DNA of 64,000 nucleotides. Source: a virus. Position numbers and translations under genes: made by a program. Positions 8,339 to 17,808 of the stretch are shown piece by piece (positions within the stretch are counted from its first letter, which is position 1; each line of letters begins with the position of its first letter). The stretch is from positions 37,914 to 101,913 of IMG/VR virus record IMGVR_UViG_3300031251_000004, one strand, 5' to 3'. Below the pieces are notes generated by a model. That model saw nothing but the letters and a program-made list of their open reading frames with translations, ran no database searches and had not been told where the DNA came from.

Positions 8339-10744
8339 TTACACACTAATCCACATACCACCATCCCATACAACTGTAATTCCCTCATAATTCACAGCTA
8401 TTATATACGTGGCAGCCCCATCAATCATATTGCCATTACCATCAACTGTTATATTGTATGTTGCTGCACTTCCACGCCCATCTTTAATATCAAATGTCTG
8501 ACCAATCGTTGGAATCAATGGTAATGTCACAGTTATCATACCAGTCAATACACCAGCAGATATAACAGAATCCGTTGCAACCACGCCATAACTATTAGTA
8601 ATAACTGTTACGTTTTGTACAACACCCGAGTTCCCAATTTTCTTTGCTTCCCACGCACTATCTGCATTAACCCACGTCAATACATAACCATCTTCGCCAG
8701 CACCTAATACTTCTGGCAAAATAGGATTACCAGATAGTTTGGAAACAGTATTAGCACCAGTTGTTCCGGTAACATCACCGAGCATTGTTTGCTGTACTTG
8801 ATTTGCTGTTGGCAACATTCCGGTAACATGACTGCTTCCACCAGCAAGATTTACTGCAGCATATCCCAATGATGCTACTCCAGTAACAGTCAGCACACTT
8901 CCAGGAACAAGACTACCAGATATAGGAACAGTTGCTCCATTAATCTTTGCCACGGTTGGATTAGGATATGTATTCGACAAATCACCACCAGCAGCACCAG
9001 TTGGTACTGCCATTACATTCATCGGTCCCCATGTCATTCCATCCCAACCCAAAAACTGATTTACTACAGGACCGGCATCATTTACAGGATTCCCTTGCAA
9101 TCCGGTTACAATGGGATCTGGATATGTATTACCTAAATCTCCGGCAGCCAATCCAGTTGGTGGCAATGACGTTGGAATAGTAATTGTTGTTGGCTCCCAT
9201 AGAGTATCTGTTGCACTCCACACAAGAGATTGACCATCTGTTGGTGCAATTGACTTTACAGGATATCCCTGTATACCTATTACAGTTTGGGTTGTAGTAG
9301 TACCAGATAGATCACCACCGGCAGTAAATGCTGGCGTTACACTTAACCCAGACCATTCATATCCATCATATACAAAATACTGACCAACCGTAGGTAATGT
9401 GTTTGATACTGGAACTCCTTGTATTTGAATTACGGTTGGATCTGGGTAATAACCATCTAGATCACCTCTTGCTGGTCCGGTTGGCGTGCTGGTAAATGAT
9501 ATTGTTGCTGGTTGCCAGGCAATACCAGAATACTCTAATATCTGACCCGTCGTTGGAACTATTGGCGCTACCGGAATACCACGTAATGCTGATACAGTTG
9601 ATGTATTAGTAAATCCTGTAACATCACCAGACATTGCTTGATCTGCTTGATTAGCCGTTGGTAATATGCCAGTAACGGACAATGTAAGATCAACTAATCC
9701 GTATCGTAATGCACTACCACCACTAACTTGTAAAACATTACCAACTACAAGACTACCACTAACAGGAACTGCTGCTCCATTTATTTTAACTACCTGTGAG
9801 GTTGTAGCAGTTCCAATAACATCACCAAGTAGTGTTTGTGGTGCTTGATTACTTGCTGGTAATAGACCTTCAACATAATTACTACCACCAGCGAGATTTA
9901 TTGGAGCATAGTTTAGAAACGAACTACCAAATACCTGTAATACATATCCGTCAGTTAGACTGCCAGCAGCTGGAACGAATGCTCCATTTATTCTTCCAAC
10001 AGTTGGATTAGGATATGTACCAGAAAGATCCCCACCAGCAGAACCAGTTGGCGTTGAACTTGGAGAGCTTGGCGTCCACTCACCACCTATAAATGTTAGT
10101 ACTTGATTTGCTGTTGGCGTTGTTGAACTGACTGGTACTGTATATATACCAATAACTATTTGATTTGTAGCTGTACCAGAAAGATCTCCGCCTGGAATAA
10201 AACTATTACCTATTAATGGAACATAAGCATATCCATCTTGTGATACTAAAAACTGATTTGAGTAGCCATCAAAGTATATGATACCTTGACCAGGATTAGA
10301 CACATTTCCTAACGGTGCATCGATGGCATCAACGATTATCTTCCCATCAATTTCTAATAGCCCTGTAGTTTCTGATGCACTGTCTATTGGACCAGATACG
10401 ATACCGCCAGTTGTGGATATATTTTGCGCTAGAAAATTATTAGATCCGTTTGGAGTTGGTCCCCAGGAAGTTCCATTCCAGATTATTGTTTGTCCGGGTT
10501 CTGGAATACCAGAAGATATAATATTACCAGCGCCATTGGTATTGAATAGCACGCCCTCTAATGCATCTAGTCTAGCCCGTACCGTAGAATAAATACCCTG
10601 AGGTTTTACTCCAAGGGTGGCTTCTATAGCTAAAATTGCATCGCGCAAAATATTAACCGAACCTGCTTTTACAGGAGTAATATTATCCAATATCGTAGGT
10701 AGAGTAATGCTACTGTCTATTTGCGCGGGGAATTTAGTTGCCAT
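8339..10744 (-). CDS. Tail fibre / virion fibre protein with GDL repeats
   Basis: 801 aa; about 9 G-D-[LV]-x-G repeats (e.g. AGGDLSGTYPNPTV..I.G.PV..GQ.L.W); N-terminal LRDAILAIEATLG..RARLDALE helix; C-terminal TLP..GQTFDIKD..WDG fibre domain. Confidence 0.7.
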   Translation of the reverse strand: MATKFPAQIDSSITLPTILDNITPVKAGSVNILRDAILAIEATLGVKPQGIYSTVRARLDALEGVLFNTNGAGNIISSGIPEPGQTIIWNGTSWGPTPNGSNNFLAQNISTTGGIVSGPIDSASETTGLLEIDGKIIVDAIDAPLGNVSNPGQGIIYFDGYSNQFLVSQDGYAYVPLIGNSFIPGGDLSGTATNQIVIGIYTVPVSSTTPTANQVLTFIGGEWTPSSPSSTPTGSAGGDLSGTYPNPTVGRINGAFVPAAGSLTDGYVLQVFGSSFLNYAPINLAGGSNYVEGLLPASNQAPQTLLGDVIGTATTSQVVKINGAAVPVSGSLVVGNVLQVSGGSALRYGLVDLTLSVTGILPTANQADQAMSGDVTGFTNTSTVSALRGIPVAPIVPTTGQILEYSGIAWQPATISFTSTPTGPARGDLDGYYPDPTVIQIQGVPVSNTLPTVGQYFVYDGYEWSGLSVTPAFTAGGDLSGTTTTQTVIGIQGYPVKSIAPTDGQSLVWSATDTLWEPTTITIPTSLPPTGLAAGDLGNTYPDPIVTGLQGNPVNDAGPVVNQFLGWDGMTWGPMNVMAVPTGAAGGDLSNTYPNPTVAKINGATVPISGSLVPGSVLTVTGVASLGYAAVNLAGGSSHVTGMLPTANQVQQTMLGDVTGTTGANTVSKLSGNPILPEVLGAGEDGYVLTWVNADSAWEAKKIGNSGVVQNVTVITNSYGVVATDSVISAGVLTGMITVTLPLIPTIGQTFDIKDGRGSAATYNITVDGNGNMIDGAATYIIAVNYEGITVVWDGGMWISV

Positions 10745-10761
10745 AGGTATGCTTCAATAAT

Positions 10762-10787
10762 ATGCAACAATATCGATATTATTGCAT
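10762..10787. promoter_or_regulatory. 26-bp near-perfect palindrome, likely a bidirectional promoter between divergent virion operons
   Basis: ATGCAACAATATCGATATTATTGCAT (12 of 13 pairs); each strand reads TCG-ATATT(A/G)TT-GCAT shortly before an ATG. Confidence 0.6.
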
Positions 10788-10793
10788 TTCAAT

Positions 10794-11732
10794 ATGGCAA
10801 CTTCTTACATTATGCGCGCATTTAAAACTTCACTGCCGGATGGGTATGTATCTTGGGCGGTAATAAATGCTCCTGATTACACTGGTGAGTTCTCTGAATA
10901 TAATCCAGCAGAACTTATCGATATCACATTAGATTATTCTATACCAACGCGTGTAAATGGAACTGCCGGTCCGGTAATTGGTTATGCCGGTGGCGATTTA
11001 GCTGGGACTTTTCCAAATCCAACTGTAATTGGATTACAAACTAACCCGATTTCACAATTACAACCAACAGCAGGACAAGTACTTGCCTGGGATCAAGTAA
11101 GCAAAACTTGGATGCCAAAAACATTGCCGGGCAATATGGCAACTCCATTACAAGTAAACTCCGCCGTTATTACAAATCATACAGGAACATTAGCCGGTGT
11201 GTCATTTGCTCTAGCACCAAACGGATATGCGTTTCAGGTTCTTGGTGGAACTATGGTTTTAGCACCAATAAATGTTGGTGGAGGCGCGAATTATATTACA
11301 GGATATTTGCCAGTCGACAACGGCGGTAATACGATCAAATCGTATGAAATAACAGCAGTTGGAACCACAGTAAACACATCATTGACAACATTCCAAACAG
11401 TAGGATCTTTTTCAGTTGATCCAACAAGATTTTCACCTGCAAGCACCGGTGGAACAAGAACAATAACTCTTCAAGCAATACTTTCTACTACTGGCGTAAC
11501 AATGGAGTTGCAACTATACAATCTTGGAACAGGAATGTTAGTTTCTCTTGGCGGCGGAGATGTTTTTCAATCAGCAGATTTAATACCAACGTTATATACA
11601 TCACAGGATCTTACATCTCTTTTATCAAGTGAATTATCACAATACGAAGTTAGAATTAGACAGACAATTATTGGTACAGCTTTAGATCAATCAATTTGCG
11701 AAATGTGTAAATTACAAGTAGATTGGACTTAG
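10794..11732 (+). CDS. Virion/fibre-associated protein with one GDL repeat
   Basis: ATG at 10794 preferred to TTG 10782; AGGDLAGTFPNPTV repeat and APINVGGGANYITGYLP segment shared with 8339..10744. Confidence 0.6.
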   Translation: MATSYIMRAFKTSLPDGYVSWAVINAPDYTGEFSEYNPAELIDITLDYSIPTRVNGTAGPVIGYAGGDLAGTFPNPTVIGLQTNPISQLQPTAGQVLAWDQVSKTWMPKTLPGNMATPLQVNSAVITNHTGTLAGVSFALAPNGYAFQVLGGTMVLAPINVGGGANYITGYLPVDNGGNTIKSYEITAVGTTVNTSLTTFQTVGSFSVDPTRFSPASTGGTRTITLQAILSTTGVTMELQLYNLGTGMLVSLGGGDVFQSADLIPTLYTSQDLTSLLSSELSQYEVRIRQTIIGTALDQSICEMCKLQVDWT

Positions 11733-11736
11733 TCTA

Positions 11737-12675
11737 ATGGTATTACAGTTTTTTCAGAATATAAATCCATCAAGCGTTACGGATGCTATATTTAGATGGA
11801 AACAGATTATGGTTGCCCACGGTTGGACAATACCACAATCATCCGATGCAAGCACGTATAATACTGGCGATGTCATAACATCTTCCAATTCAGGACCAGG
11901 TGGATTAGCTAATGAGCGTGCGTGGTTCGTAATAAAACAACCATCCAGTTCAAGATCGTTATGTCTCCAACGAGGATTTGGCGATATTTATTGGAGAATA
12001 AAATACAGCGTTGGAGGATTTGGTTTTGGATCGCCATCAGCAATACATGTACCAGACGGTAATACAAATGACGAGAATATCATATTCGGAAGAGGAACAG
12101 ATTCAGTACCAGTATATGGTTATTTTAGCGCAGGAATAAATACAATACAAATCGCAATAGATAGTGCTATGCCATTTGGATTCTACTTTCTAACTTATCC
12201 AAGCAGCGCTCCTTATCTTGGTAATGTGATTATGTTAGACCCACTAATAAATATACCAGTACAGGATCAAGATCCTTATATCATATATATTGACAACACA
12301 ACTTATTCCTTAAAGAATAAGGGAATAAACGGAACATTCAGCTCACATGCACGAGGATATTTTAGATATGGGACAGATGAACAATTATTTACCAGGATAC
12401 CTGCGGCTAACTATTATGGCGCAAATAAAACAGTAATACCGGCATCACTACCAGTAAATCCAATAAATGGTAATGATGATATGTTTCCGATTTTTTATAT
12501 ACTATCTGCATCTGCTGGTATACGAGGTGAACAATACAAAGGCATGTCATCATTTTTAAAATGGTGCGGAACAACCAGACCATGCGGAACGCTTGTTCAA
12601 TTAGCATCACCTGGTGATAGGGTAATTTTTGGAGATGTTAATTTACCTTGGAATAATACAGTGGTGTCAACATGA
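11737..12675 (+). CDS. Putative virion structural protein, paralogue A
   Basis: 312 aa; DAIF.WK..GW..SSD, GLANERAWF, WRIKYS, DPY, YKG..KWC, PWNN motifs shared with the next two genes. Confidence 0.55.
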   Translation: MVLQFFQNINPSSVTDAIFRWKQIMVAHGWTIPQSSDASTYNTGDVITSSNSGPGGLANERAWFVIKQPSSSRSLCLQRGFGDIYWRIKYSVGGFGFGSPSAIHVPDGNTNDENIIFGRGTDSVPVYGYFSAGINTIQIAIDSAMPFGFYFLTYPSSAPYLGNVIMLDPLINIPVQDQDPYIIYIDNTTYSLKNKGINGTFSSHARGYFRYGTDEQLFTRIPAANYYGANKTVIPASLPVNPINGNDDMFPIFYILSASAGIRGEQYKGMSSFLKWCGTTRPCGTLVQLASPGDRVIFGDVNLPWNNTVVST

Positions 12676-13658
12676 CAATGCAATTTCAAACTAACTATCT
12701 TCCAACTACTGGCTCGGATGCAATTTTTCAATTCAAGACTTTTCTTGTTAGCGTTATGGGCTGGACTGTAATTCAATCATCGGATGGAACAACGGTATAT
12801 TCTGGTGATGGATTGTATCATTATCATCCTGGACCAAACGGATTAGCAAATGACAGAGCTTGGTTCACAATTCAAGTCGCCGGCTCAACAAGACAATTTA
12901 GTTTCCAACACGTTGACAATGTAATTGATATATTCACAAATAAGACTTGGAGAATAAAATATAGTTATTTTGGATTTGATACACCAAATTATCTTAGACC
13001 ATTCGTTGCAACTCCACATTCATCCAGTGGCGATGATCAAGTTATCTATGGTGGTGGTACAGATACATTTCCAACATTCGGAACATTATTTAAACAAGAC
13101 GGAACATACACACAACAAATTATGGGAGACCCTGCGACTAATGCGGTATGTTTCTTTTGTCATACTAATGAAATGGTTATACCGCCAACCGCATTTGTAT
13201 TCGATGCGATGGCAACAGGAAGTTATGATCCTAGTGATATTGAACCATACATAACTTATGTATCCGGTAATACATTAAATACTTTCAGCGTAGCAGATCT
13301 GAATGACAATACCGCTCCATATTGTCCTGGCGGCTGGTTATACAAAGGATTACCAGGAGAAGGGTTTGCCAAGATTCCAGGATTAACATTTGCTAATTAT
13401 GATAGTGGATATTCAGTTCCATATAATATTGGAAGCAACTCATATACATTCCAGGATCAGTTTTTCCCAATTGTGTACGCTCGACCAACACTCACGCCTC
13501 CTGTGCCACCAGCTGGATATAAAGGAGTATCTTCATTAATGCAATGGTGTGGTACTCAACGCGTTAAATTAGGGGTAATAGGATTAGCTGCACCAGGAGA
13601 TCATGTTATAGTAAATAACGTCGTACTGCCTTGGAATAATACAGCATTAATAACATAA
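12672..13658 (+). CDS. Putative virion structural protein, paralogue B
   Basis: 328 aa; same motifs; ATGA overlap with the previous gene. Confidence 0.55.
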   Translation: MTMQFQTNYLPTTGSDAIFQFKTFLVSVMGWTVIQSSDGTTVYSGDGLYHYHPGPNGLANDRAWFTIQVAGSTRQFSFQHVDNVIDIFTNKTWRIKYSYFGFDTPNYLRPFVATPHSSSGDDQVIYGGGTDTFPTFGTLFKQDGTYTQQIMGDPATNAVCFFCHTNEMVIPPTAFVFDAMATGSYDPSDIEPYITYVSGNTLNTFSVADLNDNTAPYCPGGWLYKGLPGEGFAKIPGLTFANYDSGYSVPYNIGSNSYTFQDQFFPIVYARPTLTPPVPPAGYKGVSSLMQWCGTQRVKLGVIGLAAPGDHVIVNNVVLPWNNTALIT

Positions 13659-13670
13659 CGGAGAGTTTCA

Positions 13671-14672
13671 ATGACATATCAGTTTAATCAAAATCTTACA
13701 CCAACCGACGGATGCAATGCTATTTTCTTATGGAAACAATTCATGGTTGGAGCGCCTGGATGGTCAGTTATTGCCTCTTCTGATGGCACGACAAACGCTA
13801 ATAGCGATGTTATTACATCAGGTGGTACAGGAGCTGGTGGATTACTAAATACCAGAGCATGGTTCGTTATCAAACAGCCTGCTTCAACAAGACAGTTTTG
13901 CTTTCAGACAATAGGCGTTCACGCACCACCAGCTAGCCCAAATGCTGCAATGTGGAGGGTAAAATATTCTCCAACAGGATTCATAAATGGTGGAGGTCCA
14001 ACAATAACCCCAACGGCAAACACAAGTTCATTTACCGGAGTTGAAGACGCCGGAGTAGTCCTTGGTTCTGCAATAGGCACAGATGCCTCCCCACTTGGAG
14101 CAGCGCTATTCGGATTAGACGGCACATACAGAATGCATATGATGGCAGATGATACTGCACCAAATGGATTTTATTGGTTCTGCACAACTATACCAACAAC
14201 CAGTATATCATCAGGATTCTGTTTTGACCCACTTGCAACTGGAACATTTCCTGGTGGTGATACCGATCCTTATGTCGTATATCACGCAACAAACTCATTT
14301 GCTAAAATTCTTTCAATAACAGGTCAAACAACTGCACCGTTGAGCTTTCTAAGGAGAGGTATGACTGGTGAAACATTTGATCATTTAGCAGCCGGTATGT
14401 TCTGTGCAGACAGCGGTAATACACCACTAATAGGCGGATTACCATCTAATCCAACCAATGGAACAGACGATCTCTTGCCAATGATTTATGCTAGACCAAC
14501 ATTATGGAATAGCGTTGGACAACCATCAGGCTATAAGGGGGTTGCATCACTTGTCAAATGGTGCAGCACTGCTAGAACTACGACAGACATGCTTTCAGTT
14601 GTAACGCCTGGTGACAGGATCGTTGTTGGTAATTCCACTTTTCCATGGAATAATGTTAACCCAAGCATATAA
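13671..14672 (+). CDS. Putative virion structural protein, paralogue C
   Basis: 333 aa; same motifs; GGAG RBS. Confidence 0.55.
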   Translation: MTYQFNQNLTPTDGCNAIFLWKQFMVGAPGWSVIASSDGTTNANSDVITSGGTGAGGLLNTRAWFVIKQPASTRQFCFQTIGVHAPPASPNAAMWRVKYSPTGFINGGGPTITPTANTSSFTGVEDAGVVLGSAIGTDASPLGAALFGLDGTYRMHMMADDTAPNGFYWFCTTIPTTSISSGFCFDPLATGTFPGGDTDPYVVYHATNSFAKILSITGQTTAPLSFLRRGMTGETFDHLAAGMFCADSGNTPLIGGLPSNPTNGTDDLLPMIYARPTLWNSVGQPSGYKGVASLVKWCSTARTTTDMLSVVTPGDRIVVGNSTFPWNNVNPSI

Positions 14673-14681
14673 TAGGTAAAT

Positions 14682-14957
14682 ATGGTTGTTGGAAATGATT
14701 ATGTAACACCATTCGCTATACTCACTTTTGCTGTATATGGATTAAAACCATATTCTGCCGAGGATTTAGTCAGTGACTTTTTTACTGAATCAACTTCAAC
14801 TCAGGCGTTTTTAGCACAATCATTATTAGATTCATCATTTATCTCTATTGAATCAACGACAACACGACCGTTTTTATGTGAATTACTTTCGGAGTCATCG
14901 TTTAATTCACAAGAGTCAAGCGCCATAACACCATTTGAAGTAGGATGTTTTTCTTAG
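14682..14957 (+). CDS. Small acidic repeat protein (PF.AE.L..D.F repeats)
   Basis: 91 aa, AGGT RBS, ~20-aa repeats. Confidence 0.5.
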   Translation: MVVGNDYVTPFAILTFAVYGLKPYSAEDLVSDFFTESTSTQAFLAQSLLDSSFISIESTTTRPFLCELLSESSFNSQESSAITPFEVGCFS

Positions 14958-14969
14958 TAAGGAATACCA

Positions 14970-15320
14970 ATGGGCGCAGAATGTTTATCCGATGGAAGTT
15001 TTACATTAGTTGAAGGGATCATATCTCCATTCAGTGCTGAATCACTAATTGATGATCAATTTACTCTTAGTTATGGAAATATGGTTCCATTCATTGGAAC
15101 ATTTTGGGGATGCAGTACTATAAATGGAGAACCTTGTGGCAACATTGCTACATACTATAAAATGATTGCACGAGATCCGGACTGCACATCGTTATCATAT
15201 GTATCTTGGGTAGTATTAAATCAACCCGATATTGACGGATCTATGTATACGGGTCCAAGATGCGGTACAAGTAGCTTGCAAGATATAGCAATAGAAGCTA
15301 AATGGATTATACAACTATAA
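14970..15320 (+). CDS. Small repeat protein with C-terminal Y.M.A..YVSW.V.N.PD domain
   Basis: 116 aa, AAGGA RBS; repeats like the previous gene; C-terminal motif shared with the N-terminus of 10794..11732. Confidence 0.55.
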   Translation: MGAECLSDGSFTLVEGIISPFSAESLIDDQFTLSYGNMVPFIGTFWGCSTINGEPCGNIATYYKMIARDPDCTSLSYVSWVVLNQPDIDGSMYTGPRCGTSSLQDIAIEAKWIIQL

Positions 15321-15855
15321 GCGACATAACGGCATCAATAAATCTAATACGCTCCTGAGCGCTATCTGTACTTATATTATAGTATTTGATTGAAAACATT
15401 TCCAATAATAATTTAAGCATAGAATCGATACTAACTACCGCATCCCAATTTAATTGTTCACGAACACCATCACTTTTTAGTGTTGCTTTTGATGGTCGAA
15501 CGAAGAATATGGTTGCGTCTTTTAGGGCTGTTATGTATTGCTCGAACTCTGGTCGTTTGACGAGTTCGTTTACTATTGTTGAATGTTGAGCCGAATAGGC
15601 AACTGCGTCAAGAAGCGACCTATCAGCCACAAATGATGTTAGTTTAGATTCTTCTAGTAATTGACGGTTGAACACCTCTGTTTGATATGAGTTAACTGTT
15701 TCAATATCGGAACGCAGTGAATCAATTTGAAGTTCTCGTTCGCTTAGCACTTGTCTAGCACATTCAGGAAGTATAGGTAATTTATACTTTTCTGATGTAT
15801 AACGAGTTAGAGTTGTTTTGCCTGTTGATTGGGCACCAACATAATAAACTTTCAT
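15307..15855 (-). CDS. P-loop NTPase, NadR/AAA_28 nucleotide-kinase-like
   Basis: Walker A GAQSTGKT at the N-terminus, ECAR and ADRS.LD..AY kinase-type motifs. Confidence 0.75.
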   Translation of the reverse strand: MKVYYVGAQSTGKTTLTRYTSEKYKLPILPECARQVLSERELQIDSLRSDIETVNSYQTEVFNRQLLEESKLTSFVADRSLLDAVAYSAQHSTIVNELVKRPEFEQYITALKDATIFFVRPSKATLKSDGVREQLNWDAVVSIDSMLKLLLEMFSIKYYNISTDSAQERIRFIDAVMSLIVV

Positions 15856-15874
15856 AATTTATTTTCTTTCTAAT

Positions 15875-16543
15875 TTATAATACGACGAAATCTCTATCAA
15901 TTAATAATACTAATGTGGTTGCGTCTTTTGCGAACCCAAGTTTCTGAACTATATTGCCAGGATTTGATGGCGGGGTAGCAGAATATTTTCCTGGGATTAC
16001 ATCTAAATAATAAGTTGCCGTTGTTATCAATCCTGATTGCCCTGTTAGTTCTCCATAATACATTACTACTGCTTGTGTTAGTGATGGCTTAGATTGAACA
16101 ACGCCAATTACTGGTTGAGCAAATGGTTCGAATGCATATGCCTGATCTACATAATCTGATGAAGTTAAATACACAACATCATTAACATTAACATTTGTTG
16201 AACAAGCGTATGTTCCTGATACTGCACCAGATTGTTCGAATGGATTACCAGTTCCATTAGTTATACCATTACGATTTAAAAATCCAGTGAATACCGGATC
16301 GAATGACATTAAGTTTACATTACTCTGAAACGCTTTTATACTCTTTGTCCGAAATTTATGATATAACTCGCCTTTTATTAAGGATGATTTTATTTCTTCC
16401 TCTGATATACCGCGTATCTTCATTAGATCAATATAAGCGCCTGGACCGACTGGATTATTGAATATATTAATCCATCTGGTAGTAATATTTTGCACTACAA
16501 ATGTAATATCAGTAGGATTTTTTCTGTAAGCAAAAACATTCAT
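15875..16543 (-). CDS. Putative virion decoration/structural protein
   Basis: C-terminal DVVY..A....IGVV...YGE..GL...YYL..PG..TPP..VQKLG beta-domain typical of phage decoration/fibre proteins; preceded by the promoter motif. Confidence 0.5.
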   Translation of the reverse strand: MNVFAYRKNPTDITFVVQNITTRWINIFNNPVGPGAYIDLMKIRGISEEEIKSSLIKGELYHKFRTKSIKAFQSNVNLMSFDPVFTGFLNRNGITNGTGNPFEQSGAVSGTYACSTNVNVNDVVYLTSSDYVDQAYAFEPFAQPVIGVVQSKPSLTQAVVMYYGELTGQSGLITTATYYLDVIPGKYSATPPSNPGNIVQKLGFAKDATTLVLLIDRDFVVL

Positions 16544-16552
16544 ATCAATATA

Positions 16553-16567
16553 ATACGAAAAAATTAG
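16553..16567 (-). promoter_or_regulatory. Putative phage promoter motif CTA-N8-GTAT
   Basis: CTAATTTTTTCGTAT; 16547-16563 is identical over 17 bp to 20317-20333. Confidence 0.55.
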
Positions 16568-16734
16568 CCTATTTGTATTAGTTCATTGAACTGTTGAGCA
16601 GTTAGTTCGACTGAATTAGCAATAGTTTCTAATGGCTTATCATTATTTTTTGCTACGATCGTTATTATGATTTTATTTGGAGATGAAGATTTAGATACTT
16701 CTATATAGGAATGATCTTTGAATTGAATTTTCAT
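16564..16734 (-). CDS. Small hypothetical protein (56 aa), missing from the ORF track
   Basis: MKIQFKDHSYIEVSKSSSPNKIIITIVAKNNDKPLETIANSVELTAQQFNELIQIG; ATGA overlap with the map stop; fills the gap exactly. Confidence 0.7.
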   Translation of the reverse strand: MKIQFKDHSYIEVSKSSSPNKIIITIVAKNNDKPLETIANSVELTAQQFNELIQIG

Positions 16735-17558
16735 TGAAAATATATTTCTCTTTCTATTCCTTCACCATCACGATGAGTTATAATTTCTAAATGATCTGAA
16801 TGCAGGAACATTGAGTGCTCACAATGGCTTCCAACCTCTGGCGTCATTACGCTCCAACCATCATCTGCTGTTTTAGTATAAAAATTACTTGATCTAATTG
16901 TTGCTTGAGGCTCGATTGCAATCGTCATACCAGCACACGCGCGGACTCCATCATTAATTGATGAACGATTTGGTATAAATGGTTGAGCGTGAGGAGTATC
17001 ATACCCGATCCCATGACCTCCATAATTAACTACAACATCGTATTTATCTTTTAGTGTTTTATAAATTGCATCACCTATACTACCAATTTTCTTTCCTATT
17101 GATATGGATTTTATTCCAGCATATAGTGATTGCTTTGTAGCTTCTGATAGATCGGTATATTCTTTTTCAGCTGCGCCATAAAAACAAGTAATAGCACTGT
17201 CTGCAATACTACCATTATAGGTGGCGCCAAGATCGAAACTTACTTTATCGCCTTCTTGCAAGATATATTCATTTGGTATTCCGTGAACCAACTGCTTATT
17301 TACACTAATACACACTCCACACGGAAATCCCTTATAATTTTTGAACGTAGCCGTACAACCATTTTTTTCTATGTACTCCTCAGCTATATTATTTAGCTCA
17401 AGCATAGTCATAGTTGTTTTTTCTTTTACCGCATTCTCCAGTAATTGCAGGGCGCCAGCAACAACTTTGCCAGCAATACGTTGTCGTTCCAGCCAAGTAT
17501 TATCTTGCAATATTATAAAATCGCTAATTGAAGATTTATTATTCAATTGTAATCTCAA
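16731..17558 (-). CDS. map: Methionine aminopeptidase, type I
   Basis: CISVN...HGIP, DLG..DSA, GHGIG..H, IAIEP and HCEH: all five metal ligands (D, D, H, E, E) present. Confidence 0.92.
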   Translation of the reverse strand: MRLQLNNKSSISDFIILQDNTWLERQRIAGKVVAGALQLLENAVKEKTTMTMLELNNIAEEYIEKNGCTATFKNYKGFPCGVCISVNKQLVHGIPNEYILQEGDKVSFDLGATYNGSIADSAITCFYGAAEKEYTDLSEATKQSLYAGIKSISIGKKIGSIGDAIYKTLKDKYDVVVNYGGHGIGYDTPHAQPFIPNRSSINDGVRACAGMTIAIEPQATIRSSNFYTKTADDGWSVMTPEVGSHCEHSMFLHSDHLEIITHRDGEGIEREIYFQ

Positions 17559-17805
17559 AATTACGCCCTATTGAATTGAATATACTATATGGAACATGAT
17601 CAACTTTTTCATATTCTATGCCATCAGCATCTAATGCTTCCCTTGCTTTACAACGCATACATTGTACTTTTATACCAGGTGTAAAACTATGTGTTGGCTG
17701 TCCTGTTTCTAAATCAGTACCAAAACTATATGAACCGCCTTGTACATAACAAGAACATCCCCCAACAGTCATCGATTTAACTATAGCTATTGTATTTTCG
17801 TGCAT
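17539..17805 (-). CDS. Hypothetical protein, Cys-containing (CxC...CxxC)
   Basis: 88 aa ORF within an operon. Confidence 0.55.
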   Translation of the reverse strand: MHENTIAIVKSMTVGGCSCYVQGGSYSFGTDLETGQPTHSFTPGIKVQCMRCKAREALDADGIEYEKVDHVPYSIFNSIGRNFEITIE

Positions 17806-17808
17806 AAA

